From assembly GCF_036365525.1 (NCBI RefSeq), contig NC_090378.1, positions 123,055,593 to 123,119,592 of the forward strand: a stretch of 64,000 bases of DNA, given 5' to 3'. Position 1 is the first letter of the stretch, and every line of letters starts with the position of its first letter. The position numbers were made by a program, and so were the translations under genes. Below, piece after piece: positions 41,748 through 55,282 of the stretch. The DNA comes from Heterodontus francisci. Lineage: Eukaryota. The notes under the pieces are model-generated. The model was not told the DNA's origin. It saw only the letters and a program-made list of their open reading frames with translations, and searched no databases.

Positions 41748-41954
41748 GAGAAGGGGAGGAATGTCGTGTTGCAGTGTTTTGAAATTGCATTGTACATTTT
41801 GTTAACTTGAAGCCACTGTAGAACACACAGGCTAGCAAAGGGAAAGTGGAAATAAAACAGAATAAAGAAGAAGCCTTTGTGTTTAACAGCCTGCAGTCTC
41901 AGTCTCACATATCTCATCCTAAACTCGGCTAAACCTCACTAAGTCCTGAGGACA
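41748..41954 (+). mobile_element. polypurine tract and 3' LTR of the Gypsy element
   Basis: PPT GAGAAGGGGAGGAA (41748-41761) directly followed by TGTCGT (41762); AATAAA at about 41850 and 41861; candidate end AGGACA at 41954. Confidence 0.7.
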
Positions 41955-42889
41955 TCACTCTCCATTGGGCTGGAGTGGGCTGTGAGTGATTGGGCAGTGG
42001 AGAGGATCGTCACCCTCTTGGCATCGTGAGGGCAGAAGAACAGGGGGCGAGGCTGCCACGGACAATTGGGTGGCCATGTGACCAGCGGGAAGGCAGCCAG
42101 GCCTCTGGCTTTGCTGGACCATTATGTAAATCAAGTGCTCTGTGTTCTCCCACTCTGCAGTATGAGCACTCAAACAGCGGCCACAGGAATGGCTGCCGTG
42201 GTGAGTTTAAATTGGACTCACACTTGAGCTGCCCCCCAAAACCCCCGTTCCTGCATTAATTAACTGGTCACCACTGTGAAACCCGGAACTCATTTCTGTT
42301 TCCCCCCCAGGGACGGGTTTGGGACCCGGAAACAGTCCCGACGTCCATTTCCTGCCCCCGATATGAAATTCCAGCCCTATCCACCTGATTGGAGAGATTT
42401 AAAGAGGGAAGTCTGGGGAAAATGGGCACAGATTAATGAGGCAAAAATACATTCACACTTTGGAGAGGAAAGGGAGATTAGTGATGGGGTAGTTTACAAG
42501 GACACATTGGTTGAGTGTGGATTTTTTGAGGAGATGGTGATGATGATGATTTTGAGAGCGAGGGGGTCATTACCTGTGGAGAGCCCGAACCTCTGATACC
42601 TGAACTCTCCCAGTGAAGCTTTCCCTTGGCTACTTTATCTCTCTCATCATGGCTCCAAACTGTAATCTGAATAATTCCAACGGTTTTCCCTCTGTTTCCT
42701 TGTTTTCCTTATTATTCCAAACATATTCCCCTCTGAGTCAGGAATATTTACCTGATCGATGTTGTAATTTTTCTGTCACTACTTTCCATTAATGTCATCA
42801 GCTTTTACCATCGAATCCGAGAATCACACAACACTGAAGGAGGCCATTCAGCCCCTCGGGCCTGTTGTTGGAATCTGCTTTGATCTACA

Positions 42890-43240
42890 TTTTTAAAATT
42901 CTTTCTTGGGATGTGGGTGCCGCTGGCCAGGCCAGCATTTATTGCCCATCCCTAATTGCCCGTGAGAAGGTGGTGGTGAGCTGCCTTCTTGAACTGCTGC
43001 AGTCCGTGTGGTGTAGGTGAACCCACAGAGCTGTTAGGAAGGGAGTTCCAGGATTTTGACCCAGTGACAGTGAAGGAACAGCGATATACTTCCAGGTCAG
43101 GATGGTGTGTGGATTGGAGGGGAAATTACAGGTGGTGCTGTTCCCATGTATTTGCTGCCCTTGTCCTTCTTGGTGGTAGAGGTCGTGGGTTTGGAAGGTT
43201 CTGTCTAAGGAGACTTGGTGCGTTGCTGCAGTGCATCTTG
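42890..43240 (-). mobile_element. CR1-group LINE 3' end (same family as 32565-33410)
   Basis: Reverse complement of the GCAATAAATGCTGGCCTGGCCAGCG.CACCCACATCCC 3' end; its 5' side abuts the Tx1 tail. Confidence 0.88.
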
Positions 43241-46045
43241 TTTATTTGGAAGGAAGCCTTTATACCCCAGGCCCCTTTTATTTTGCTGAGGGGGCCTTTA
43301 TTCCTCAGGTCCCCTTTAAAATGCATTTTATAAAATAACTTTATTAAAAACAGATAAATAGAACAGAAATCTGATTAAAATGCCATTCTCAGCATTGATG
43401 ATGCACTCCAGCCCCTGCGATGACCACCGGTCGCAGAAGGCCTCGATCGAACCCGCGGACACCGCATGCTCCTTCTGCAGGGACACCCAGGCGAGAACAT
43501 AACCTGGGAAGAGGAGCAGGCAATCAGGGCGGATGGACCCCCTGACGGTCCGCAGCCTGGACCTGTGAATTGCCACCTTGGCCAGGCCCAGGAGCAGACC
43601 GATGAGGAGATCCTTCCCCCGGCCCACGCCCCTCCGCCCCGGGTGGCCAAAGATCAGGAGCGTGGGACTGAAGTGCAGCCAAAACTTGAGGAGCAGCCCC
43701 TTCAAATACTCAAAGAGGGGCAGCAACCTCGCACATTCCATATAAACATGGAACACAAACTTGTCCAGGCTGCAGAAATTACAGGCGGCCTGGGGGTCCG
43801 TGAACCTACTTAAAAGACTAGTGCATGGGACTGCCCTGTGCAGCACCCTCCACCCCAGGTCCCCAATGTAAATGGGGAAGACTCCTGCTTAGAGAGACCC
43901 CCACTGTGGTTTCCCCTCGCTGCCAGATGTCAACACGGACTGCCAGGCCGTGTCCGGCCCGCTGACGAGGGCAAGGAAGTAGAGAGTGTGCAGGAATAGC
44001 CTGTACAGGAAACACCTCCATGCCGATTGGAATGGCACAGAGGGTATTTCCAAGAAGCGGCTTGGTTTCAGCGCGACCGGCTCCTGAGGATGGTTTTGGG
44101 GCCTGGGTCCGATGAGCAGTTCCGCCGAATGGGGCTCAGTTCTGCTGGGAACGCTTCGCTCTCCCGTGTCCCCTCGCAACCTGCAATGAGGGGTGTCCCA
44201 GAGGCTTCAGCTATTCCTTCACCCATTGGTCCGTCGCCGGAGCTGGCCACCAGGACAGCCGAGGCGTTCTCCTCCGCCAACGAGGGAACGCGCTGACTGG
44301 AGGCGACCATGTTCCAGACTCTGAATAGATCCCGGTAAAAGACAGGCAACTCCCTCAGAGAGGCACAGCTAACGTTCTCCACTGGGAGCTGCGTGTTGTC
44401 TTGAAGGCAGTGCCCTTGGCAGCACACCCCATCTGGGAGGCAGCTCCGCGTACAGGGTCTGAAGGTGGAGCTTCACAGCCTGGGTCCGGAAGCACGCCAG
44501 CGACTGGCCGCCCTCCTCAATTGGGAGACTCAGGACCGCAGCAGAGACCCAGTGTTTCCTCTTGCCCCAGAAGAAATCGACAAGCTTCTTCTGGATCTTG
44601 GTGGCAAATGCAGGGGGCGGAGCCAAAATGGCCAACCATACCACAGCATCAAGGCCACCAGTTGGTTTATGACCAGCGCACGGCCCCTGTCGGAAAGCAC
44701 TCGGAGCAGTCCTGTCCAGCGCCCCAGCCAACTGGTGACTTTCGCCTCCAATTCCTGCCACTTTGCCGGCCAGGCTTCCTCAGCGGGGCTAAGTTGGAGT
44801 CCCAGATAGAGGAGGTGCATGGTGCTCCACGCAAAAGGTGTCAACTCCTCCGGCAGTGAGTCGACCTGCCACTGACCCACCAGGAATCTGGAATATTTCT
44901 CCCAACTGATCCTTGGGGAGGACGTGGGAAAGGTCTGCCGGCAGTCACGCATCCTCCGCAAGTCAATGGGACCTATGATCGTGAGGAGCACGTCATCGGC
45001 GTAAGCCAAGAGGACAACCCGCATGGCCAGCCCTTCAACTTCCTGTGAAGCAAGCAAAGGAATGGCTCCACACAGATGGTGTACAATTGGCTGGAAATGA
45101 GGCATCCCTGGCGCACTCCTCTCCCAAAGCGAAGGGGCGCCGTCAAGGACCAGTTAACTTTGACCAGACACTCTGCAGCGACGTATAAAAGTCGTACCCG
45201 GGCCACAAAATGCGGCCCAAATCTGAATGCGTGCAGAGTCCTGAAAAGGTATTCTTGATTCAAACTGTCGAACGCCTTCTCCTGATCAAGGGAGAGAAAG
45301 GCGATCAACAGAGCAATCCTCTGGAAAAGCTGGATCAGGTCTCGGACGAGGAGGATGTTGTCCTGGATGGACCGGCCCGGAATATTGTAGAACTGGTCGG
45401 GGTGGATCATGTGGGCCAGCACAGAGCCCAGGCTGGTACTGAGGACGGAGACCGGACTTTAAGCAAGTGGAGATTGCGCCTCTTCAGCAGCAGGACGATG
45501 ACCGACCTGCACCACGAGAGGGGCATCTCGCCGGTCGCCTGCATTTCCACCAACACCCACACGTAATCGTCCCCCAGAACCCATGCATAATCGTCCCCCA
45601 GGATGTCCCAGAACATCCTGAGGAACTCCACGGTCAGCCCATCCAGCCCCAGGGAGTTGCCCTTCGCGAGCTGGTGCAGGGCACCAACGTGAGAGGGGTC
45701 TCCAATCCTTTGGCACCGTCCGGGCTGACCTGCGGCAGGTCCTCCCACAAAACTCTGCTTGCATCGTCGTTGGATGGATCCGGAGAGAATAACACACTGT
45801 AATAGGTGCGGACCAGGAGGCCCATTCCCTCCGGATTCGTGATGGAAGATCCGTCATCAGACAGCAGCTCAACAAGCTGCTTAATGACGCCCTGCCATTT
45901 TTCCAGCGAGTAGAAGAAGGGTCATGCGTGGTCCAAATCTTCCAGTATCTGGATCCACGACCTCATGTACACGCCTCGGACTCTACGAGCTGCAGGTCCC
46001 TCAGCGCACCCTTCTTCTCTTTGTACACCTGCCACTGGGCCAGGT
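43240..46045 (-). mobile_element. Tx1-clade non-LTR retrotransposon, 5'-truncated, degenerate ORF2 with RT
   Basis: HMIHPDQ..IPGRSIQDNI, FLSLDQEKAFD, GRGVRQGC, LAYADD, LYLGLQL, GRALVINQLV, EEGGQSL, CNFC...HVYMECARL. Confidence 0.94.
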
Positions 46046-49000
46046 CCATCTGGACATTGTGTTCTGTCCCAGGACAGCTCCATCTGGACATTGTGTTCTG
46101 TCCCAGGGCAGCTCCATCTGGACATTGTGTTCTGTCCCAGGGCAGCTCCATCTGGACATTGTGTTCCGTCCCAGGGCAGCTCCATCTGGACATTGTGTTC
46201 TGTCCCAGGACAGCTCCATCTGGACATTGTGTTCTGTCCCAGGGCAGCTCCATCTGGACATTGTGTTCTCCCCCAGGACAGCTCCATCTGGACATTGTGT
46301 TCCGTCCCAGGGCAGCTCCATCTGGACATTGTGTTCTTCCCCAGGGCAGCTCCATCTGGACATTGTGTTCTCCCCCAGGACAGCTCCATCTGGACATTGT
46401 GTTCTCCCCCAGGGCAGCTCCATCTGGACATTGTGTTCTTCCCCAGGACAGCTCCATCTGGACATTGTGTTCTCCCCCCGGGCAGCTCCATCTGGACATT
46501 GTGTTCCGTCCCAGGGCAGCTCCATCTGGACATTGTGTTCTCCCCCAGGGCAGCTCCATCTGGACATTGTGTTCTTCCCCAGGACAGCTCCATTTGGACA
46601 TTGTGTTCTCCCCCAGGACAGCTCCATCTGGACATTGTGTTCTCCCCCAGGGCAGCTCCATCTGGACATTGTGTTCTTCCCCAGGACAGCTCCATCTGGA
46701 CATTGTGTTCTCCCCCAGGACAGCTCCATCTGGACATTGTGTTCCGTCCCAGGGCAGCTCCATCTGGACATTGTGTTCTCCCCCAGGGCAGCTCCATCTG
46801 GACATTGTGTTCTTCCCCAGGACAGCTCCATCTGGACATTGTGTTCTCCCCCCGGGCAGCTCCATCTGGACATTGTGTTCCGTCCCAGGGCAGCTCCATC
46901 TGGACATTGTGTTCTCCCCCAGGGCAGCTCCATCTGGACATTGTGTTCTTCCCCAGGACAGCTCCATTTGGACATTGTGTTCTCCCCCAGGACAGCTCCA
47001 TCTGGACATTGTGTTCTCCCCCAGGGCAGCTCCATCTGGACATTGTGTTCTTCCCCAGGACAGCTCCATCTGGACATTGTGTTCTCCCCCAGGACAGCTC
47101 CATCTGGACATTGTGTTCCGTCCCAGGGCAGCTCCATCTGGACATTGTGTTCTCCCCCAGGGCAGCTCCATCTGGACATTGTGTTCTTCCCCAGGACAGC
47201 TCCATCTGGACATTGTGTTCTTCCCCAGGACAGCTCCATCTGGACATTGTGTTCTCCCCCAGGACAGCTCCATCTGGACATTGTGTTCCGTCCCAGGGCA
47301 GCTCCATCTGGACATTGTGTTCCGTCCCAGGGCAGCTCCTTCTGGACATTGTGTTCTGTCCCAGGGCAGCTCCATCTGGACATTGTGTTCTTCCCCAGGA
47401 CAGCTCCATCTGGACATTGTGTTCTGTCCCAGTGCAGCTCCATCTGGACATTGTGTTCTGTCCCAGGGCAGCTCCATCTGGACATTGTGTTCTTCCCCAG
47501 GACAGCTCCATCTGGACATTGTGTTCTGTCCCAGGACAGCTCCATCTGGACATTGTGTTCTGTCCCAGGGCAGCTCCATCTGGACATTGTGTTCTTCCCC
47601 AGGGCAGCTCCTTCTGGACATTGTGTTCCGTCCCAGGGCAGTTCCATCTGGACATTGTGTTCTTCCCCAGGACAGCTCCATCTGGACATTGTGTTCTGTC
47701 CCAGGACAGCTCCATCTGGACATTGTGTTCTCCCCCAGGGCAGCTCCATCTGGACATTGTGTTCTTCCCCAGGGCAGCTCCTTCTGGACATTGTGTTCCG
47801 TCCCAGGGCAGTTCCATCTGGACATTGTGTTCTGTCCCAGGGCAGCTCCATCTGGACATTGTGTTCTGTCCCAGGGCAGCTCCATCTGGACATTGTGTTC
47901 TCCCCCAGGGCAGCTCCATCTGGACATTGTGTTCTGTCCCAGGGCAGCTCCATCTGGACATTGTGTTCTTCCCCAGGACAGCTCCATCTGGACATTGTGT
48001 TCTTCCCCAGGACAGCTCCATCTGGACATTGTGTTCTCCCCCAGGACAGCTCCATCTGGACATTGTGTTCCGTCCCAGGGCAGCTCCATCTGGACATTGT
48101 GTTCCGTCCCAGGGCAGCTCCTTCTGGACATTGTGTTCTGTCCCAGGGCAGCTCCATCTGGACATTGTGTTCTTCCCCAGGACAGCTCCATCTGGACATT
48201 GTGTTCTGTCCCAGTGCAGCTCCATCTGGACATTGTGTTCTGTCCCAGGGCAGCTCCATCTGGACATTGTGTTCTTCCCCAGGACAGCTCCATCTGGACA
48301 TTGTGTTCTGTCCCAGGACAGCTCCATCTGGACATTGTGTTCTGTCCCAGGGCAGCTCCATCTGGACATTGTGTTCTTCCCCAGGGCAGCTCCTTCTGGA
48401 CATTGTGTTCCGTCCCAGGGCAGTTCCATCTGGACATTGTGTTCTTCCCCAGGACAGCTCCATCTGGACATTGTGTTCTGTCCCAGGACAGCTCCATCTG
48501 GACATTGTGTTCTCCCCCAGGGCAGCTCCATCTGGACATTGTGTTCTTCCCCAGGGCAGCTCCTTCTGGACATTGTGTTCCGTCCCAGGGCAGTTCCATC
48601 TGGACATTGTGTTCTGTCCCAGGGCAGCTCCATCTGGACATTGTGTTCTGTCCCAGGGCAGCTCCATCTGGACATTGTGTTCTCCCCCAGGGCAGCTCCA
48701 TCTGGACATTGTGTTCTGTCCCAGGGCAGCTCCATCTGGACATTGTGTTCTCCCCCAGGGCAGCTCCATCTGGACATTGTGTTCTGTCCCAGGGCAGCTC
48801 CATCTGGACATTGTGTTCTCCCCCAGGGCAGCTCCATCTGGACATTGTGTTCTTCCCCAGGACAGCTCCATCTGGACATTGTGTTCTCCCCCAGGGCAGC
48901 TCCATCTGGACATTGTGTTCTTCCCCAGGGCAGCTTCATCTGGACATTGTGTTCTGTCCCAGAGCATCTCCATCTGGACATTGTGTTCTTCCCCAGGGCA

Positions 49001-52000
49001 GCTTCATCTGGACATTGTGTTCTGTCCCAGAGCATCTCCATCTGGACATTGTGTTCTGTCCCAGGGCAGCTCCATCTGGACATTGTGTTCCGTCCCAGGA
49101 CAGTTCCATCTGGACATTGTGTTCTTCCCCAGGGCATTTCCATCTGGACATTGTGTTCTGTCCCAGGGCAGCTTCATCTGGACATTGTGTTCTGTCCCAG
49201 AGCATCTCCATCTGGACATTGTGTTCTTCCCCAGGGCAGCTCCATCTGGACATTGTGTTCCGTCCCAGGACAGTTCCATCTGGACATTGTGTTCTTCCCC
49301 AGGGCAGCTCCTTCTGGACATTGTGTTCCGTCCCAGGGCAGCTCCATCTGGACATTGTGTTCTTCCCCAGGGCAGCTTCATCTGGACATTGTGTTCTGTC
49401 CCAGAGCATCTCCATCTGGACATTGTGTTCTGTCCCAGGGCAGCTCCATCTGGACATTGTGTTCTTCCCCAGGGCAGCTCCATCTGGACATTGTGTTCCG
49501 TCCCAGGACAGTTCCATCTGGACATTGTGTTCTTCCCCAGGGCAGCTCCATCTGGACATTGTGTTCTGTCCCAGGGCAGCTCCATCTGGACATTGTGTTC
49601 TTCCCCAGGGCAGCTCCATCTGGACATTGTGTTCCGTCCCAGGACAGTTCCATCTGGACATTGTGTTCTTCCCCAGGGCAAATCCATCTGGACATTGTGT
49701 TCTTCCCCAGGGCAAATCCATCTGGACATTGTGTTCTGTCCCAGGACAGTTCCATCTGGACATTGTGTTCTTCCCCAGGACAGCTCCTTCTGGACATTGT
49801 GTTCTGTCCCAGGGCAGCTCCTTCTGGACATTGTGTTCCGTCCCAGGACAGTTCCATCTGGACATTGTGTTCTGTCCCAGGGCAGCTCCATCTGGACATT
49901 GTGTTCTGTCCCAGGGCAGCTCCATCTGGACATTGTGTTCCGTCCCAGGGCAGCTCCATCTGGACGTTGTGTTCTCCCCCAGGGCAGCTTCATCTTGACA
50001 TTGTGTTCTTCCCCAGGACAGCTCCATCTGGACATTGTGTTCTGTCCCAGGGCAGCTCCATCTGGACATTGTGTTCCGTCCCAGGGCAGCTCCATCTGGA
50101 CATTGTGTTCTGTCCCAGGGCAGCTCCATCTGGACATTGTGTTCCGTCCCAGGGCAGCTCCATCTGGACATTGTGTTCCGTCCCAGGGCAGCTCCATCTG
50201 GACGTTGTGTTCTCCCCCAGGGCAGCTTCATCTTGACATTGTGTTCTTCCCCAGGACAGCTCCATCTGGACATTGTGTTCCGTCCCAGGGCAGCTCCATC
50301 TGGACATTGTGTTCTGTCCCAGGGCAGCTCCATCTGGACATTGTGTTCACCCCCAGGGCAGCTCCATCTGGACATTGTGTTCCGTCCCAGGGCAGCTCCA
50401 TCTGGACATTGTGTTCTGTCCCAGGGCAGCTCCATCTGGACATTGTGTTCACCCCCAGGGCAGCTCCATCTGGACATTGTGTTCACCCCCAGGGCAGCTC
50501 CATCTGGACATTGTGTTCACCCCCAGGGCAGCTCCATCTGGACATTGTGTTCTGTCCCAGGGCAGCTCCATCTGGACATTGTGTTCACCCCCAGGGCAGC
50601 TCCATCTGGACATTGTGTTCACCCCCAGGGCAGCTCCAACTGGACATTGTGTTCTTCCCCAGGGCAGCTCCATCTGGACATTGTGTTCTGTCCCAGGGCA
50701 GCTCCATCTGGACATTGTGTTCTGTCCGAGGGCAGCTCCATCTGGACATTGTGTTCTGTCCCATAGCAGCTCCATCTGGACATTGTGTTCCGTCCCAGGG
50801 CAGCTCCATCTGGACGTTGTGTTCTCCCCCAGGGCAGCTTCATCCTGACATTGTGTTCTCCCCCAGTGCAGCTCCATCTGGACATTGTGTTCTGTCCCAG
50901 GGCAGCTCCATCTGGACATTGTGTTCTCCCCCAGGGCAGCTCCATCTGGACATTGTGTTCTCCCCCAGGGCAGCTCCATCTGGACATTGTGTTCTGTCCG
51001 AGGGCAGCTCCATCTGGACATTGTGTTCTGTCCCATAGCAGCTCCATCTGGACATTGTGTTCCGTCCCAGGGCAGCTCCATCTGGACGTTGTGTTCTCCC
51101 CCAGGGCAGCTTCATCTTGACATTGTGTTCTCCCCCAGTGCAGCTCCATCTGGACATTGTGTTCTGTCCCAGGGCAGCTCCATCTGGACATTGTGTTCTC
51201 CCCCAGGGCAGCTCCATCTGGACATTTTGTTCTCCCCCAGGGCAGCTCCATCTGGACATTGTGTTCTGTCCCAGGGCAGCTCCATCTGGACATTGTGTTC
51301 TGTCCCAGGGCAGCTCCATCTGGACATTGTGTTCTCCCCCAGGACAGCTCCATCTGGACATTGTGTTCTGTCCCAGGGCATTTCCATCTGGACATTGTGT
51401 TCTCCCCCAGGACAGCTCCATCTGGACATTGTGTTCTGTCCCAGGACAGCTCCATCTGGACATTGTGTTCTGTCCCAGGGCAGCTTCATCTTGACATTGT
51501 GTTCTGTCCCAGGGCAGCTCCATCTGGACATTGTGTTCTGTCCCAGGGCATTTCCATCTGGACATTGTGTTCTCCCCCAGGACAGCTCCATCTGGACATT
51601 GTGTTCTGTCCCAGGGCATTTCCATCTGGACATTGTGTTCTCCCCCAGGGCAGCTTCATCCTGACATTGTGTTCTCCCCCAGTGCAGCTCCATCTGGACA
51701 TTGTGTTCTGTCCCAGGGCAGCTCCATCTGGACATTGTGTTCTCCCCCAGGGCAGCTCCATCTGGACATTGTGTTCTCCCCCAGGGCAGCTCCATCTGGA
51801 CATTGTGTTCTGTCCCAGGGCAGCTCCATCTGGACATTGTGTTCTCCCCCAGGGCAGCTCCATCTGGACATTTTGTTCTCCCCCAGGGCAGCTCCATCTG
51901 GACATTGTGTTCTGTCCCAGGGCAGCTCCATCTGGACATTGTGTTCTGTCCCAGGGCAGCTCCATCTGGACATTGTGTTCTCCCCCAGGACAGCTCCATC

Positions 52001-52651
52001 TGGACATTGTGTTCTGTCCCAGGGCATTTCCATCTGGACATTGTGTTCTCCCCCAGGACAGCTCCATCTGGACATTGTGTTCTGTCCCAGGACAGCTCCA
52101 TCTGGACATTGTGTTCTCCCCCAGGGCAGCTTCATCTTGACATTGTGTTCTGTCCCAGGGCAGCTCCATCTGGACATTGTGTTCTGTCCCAGGGCATTTC
52201 CATCTGGACATTGTGTTCTCCCCCAGGACAGCTCCATCTGGACATTGTGTTCTGTCCCAGGACAGCTCCATCTGGACATTGTGTTCTGTCCCAGGGCATT
52301 TCCATCTGGACATTGTGTTCTTCCCCCAGGGCAGCTTCATCTTGACATTGTGTTCTGTCCCAGGGCAGCTCCATCTGGACATTGTGTTCTGTCCCAGGGC
52401 AGCTCCATCTGGACATTGTGTTCTGTCCCATAGCAGCTCCATCTGGACATTGTGTTCCGTCCCAGGGCAGCTCCATCTGGACATTGTGTTCTCCCCCAGG
52501 GCAGCTTCATCTTGACATTGTGTTCTCCCCCAGGGCAGCTCCATCTGGACATTGTGTTCTGTCCCAGGGCAGCTCCATCTGGACATTGTGTTCTGTCCCA
52601 GGGCAGCTCCATCTGGACATTGTGTTCTGTCCCAGGGCAGCTCCATCTGGA
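46046..52651. repeat. 34-bp minisatellite array (about 194 copies, 6.6 kb)
   Basis: Unit CCATCTGGACATTGTGTTCTGTCCCAGGGCAGCT. The consensus is stop-free in all frames, which gives the roughly 1000-1700-aa pseudo-ORFs on both strands. Confidence 0.99.
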
Positions 52652-53574
52652 CTTTCTCCCAAAGTTAAACTTCACATAGTATTCCACACAAATTACAATG
52701 TTGTCTGTCTCTAGAAGATTCATGGTGAAATGTCGAGCTCTTTGACTCTGTGCTGTTCTCCCATGTGAAGTACACTGCACCACTGGGTAACAATACATCC
52801 TGGTATGTTGGTTGCTCCCATGTCCTTGTTGGCCATTGAGCATTCACAATGTCCATTAAGGAAAGGAGCTCTGTTTACTGGAGAACAGTGAGTTTGGAAG
52901 TTGTGACCGAGACCTTTCTCTGATTGTTGTGTCTTCTGAGAGTTGGAATTGGTGAGTCTGATTGTACATCAGAACCAGCATCAGTCACATTCAATGTTAG
53001 GAGGTTCAGCGATGGAATTACTTTCCAGTTTTAAGGCACAATTATAGGCCACTGGAACTCTGTATAAATTCCACAATAGTGTAACAGGACAAGATTCCAG
53101 GTCTCAGACTTAGCAATGAGCTGAAAAGTCACAGAAAGGTGCAGACAAAAAGCAAGTTCCATGTCTACAGCACTCTCACTGACAGAACACAACCTCCCAG
53201 TGCTTACAGTCCACAGGGGACAGGGAAAACTGGGATAGAAACTTGGAAAATTTACAAGTTTCTTCCTCAAACCAGGAACAGCCCATACACCACTTTTTTG
53301 TTCAGTCCCCAGTTATACACAGAATGCATTGCAGTCTCATGTTTTGTTCATTTAAAACAAAACTTGTCTCTCATTCTGTAATTTGATCTTTGTTATGGGT
53401 ACGGTGATGAAGTGGATATGATACTCAACTAGGAATCCAGTGGACTAATAATCCAAAGTGTGGGAGTTCAAATCCCACAATGGCTGTGAGAATCATAGGC
53501 TCATTGAATGGTTACAACACAGAAGGAGGCCATTCGGCCTGTCATATCTGTGCCAGCTTTTTCCAAAAGGCATA

Positions 53575-54703
53575 AAGACAGCATTTGACTGGGTACGGCA
53601 TCAAGGAGCCCCAGTAAAACTGGAGTCAAGGGGAATCGGGGAAATCTCTCCACTGGTTGGAGTCATACCGAGCATAACAGAAGATGACTGTTGTTGTTGG
53701 TGGTCAGTCATCTCATCTCCAGGACATCGCTGCAGGAGTTCCTCAGGGTAGTGCCCCAGGTTCATCCATCTTCAGCTGCTTCATCAAAGAGCTTCCTTCA
53801 ATCATAAGATCAGAAGTGGGGATGTTCATTGATAATTGCACAATGTTCAGTTTCATTCATAACTCCTCAGATACTGAAGCAGTCCATGTAGAAATGCAGC
53901 AAGACCTGGACAATATCCAGGCTTGGGCTGATAAGTGGCAAGTAACATTCGCGCCACACAAGTGCCAGGCAATGACCATCTCCAACAAGAAGAATCCAAC
54001 CAACATTCAATGGCATTACAATCACTGAATCCCTCACTATCAACATCCTGGGAGTTACCATTGACCAGAAACTTAACTGAAGTAGCCATATAAATACCGT
54101 GGCTACAAGAGCAGGTCAGAGGCTAGGAATCCTGCAGTGAGTAACGCACCTCCTGACTCCCCAAAGCCTGCCCATAAGGCACAAGGCAGGAGTGTGATGG
54201 AATACCCTCCACTTGCCTGAATGGGTGCAGTTCCAACAACACTCAAGAAGCTCGACACCATCCAGGACAACGCAGCTTCTTGATTGGCACCTCATCCACA
54301 AACATTCACGCCCTCCATCACTGAAGCACAGTGACAGCAGTGTGTACCATCTACAAGATGCACTGCAGCAATGCACCAAGGCTCCTTAGACAGCACCTTC
54401 CAAATCCGCGACCTCTACCAACTGGAAGGACAAGGGCAGCAAATCCATGGGAATACCACCACCTGCAAGTTCCCCTCCAAGTCACACACCATCCTGATTT
54501 GGAACTGTATCGCCGTTCCTTCACTGATGGAGGGTCAAAAACCTGGAACTCCCTTCCTAACACCACTGTGGGTGTACCTACCCCAAATAGACTGCAGTGG
54601 TTCAAGAAGGCAGCTCACCACCACCTTCTCAAGGGCAATTAGAGATGATCAATAAATGCTGGCCTGGCCAGCGGCACCCACATCCCATGAACGAATGAAA
54701 TAA
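53575..54703 (+). mobile_element. CR1-group LINE RT and 3' end
   Basis: GGQSSHLQDIAAGVPQGS..G..IFSCFI..LPSIIRSEVGMF; QQDLDNIQAWADKWQVTFAPHKC; conserved 3' end. Confidence 0.92.
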
Positions 54704-54714
54704 AAGCAACTCAA

Positions 54715-54925
54715 CTCATCCCACTCCCCTGCCTTTTCCCCATAGCCCTGCAAATCGTTTCTCTTCAGGTGTTTATCCAATCCCCTTCTGAAAGCCCCGA
54801 TTGAATCAGCCTCCACCATACTCTCAGACAGTTCATTCCAGATCCTGACCACTCTCTGGGTAAAACAGTTTTTCCTCATGTCATCATTGGTTCCTTTACC
54901 AACCTCCTTAAATTGGTGTCCTATT
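54715..54925 (-). mobile_element. CR1 3' fragment
   Basis: MRKNCFTQRVVRIWNEL...AFRRGLDKHL. Confidence 0.75.
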
Positions 54926-55282
54926 CCTCTACACAGCGGGTCTTTCTCTCTCTCCAGGCAGGTCACAGCCAAATTCCAAAAATGCTTGCTCTTTTTCCAA
55001 CTCATTGGTTTTAAAAAGTGTCAAAAGTGAAAGCAAACCTTCCTGAACCAATCACATGACAAGACAGTCTCTCCAGTCATTCAAAGTGTTGCTCTGAGCA
55101 GGTCAAAACCCCTTGCTGTTTCCTTGAAACTGTCTGCTTCCCAGTTCTTTTGTACAGAGTCAACATCCAAAAAATTCAGCTATTTGCAGGTCAATGTCCA
55201 CTGAGTGAAAGTCCTTTTCTCAGTTTTTAAAACACAAAGAATTCTAAGTTCTGAGTACAAAAAGTAAAATTCTTGTAACACT

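Noticed and set aside
46046-52651. CRISPR-like array (34-bp repeats)
   Set aside because: Repeats are contiguous with no unique spacers, no cas genes are present, and the context is vertebrate.
45922-52714. ORFs of roughly 1000-1700 aa in all six frames
   Set aside because: The 34-bp consensus has no stop on either strand and 34 is not divisible by 3, so every frame gives the same cyclic peptide. This is not evidence of coding.
52880-53030. Minus-strand peptide SLNLLTLNVTDAGS...KLTVL resembling the end of a V-type Ig domain
   Set aside because: No YxC in frame, frameshifts are needed, and no upstream Cys/Trp strands or RSS are present; too weak to call a V pseudogene.
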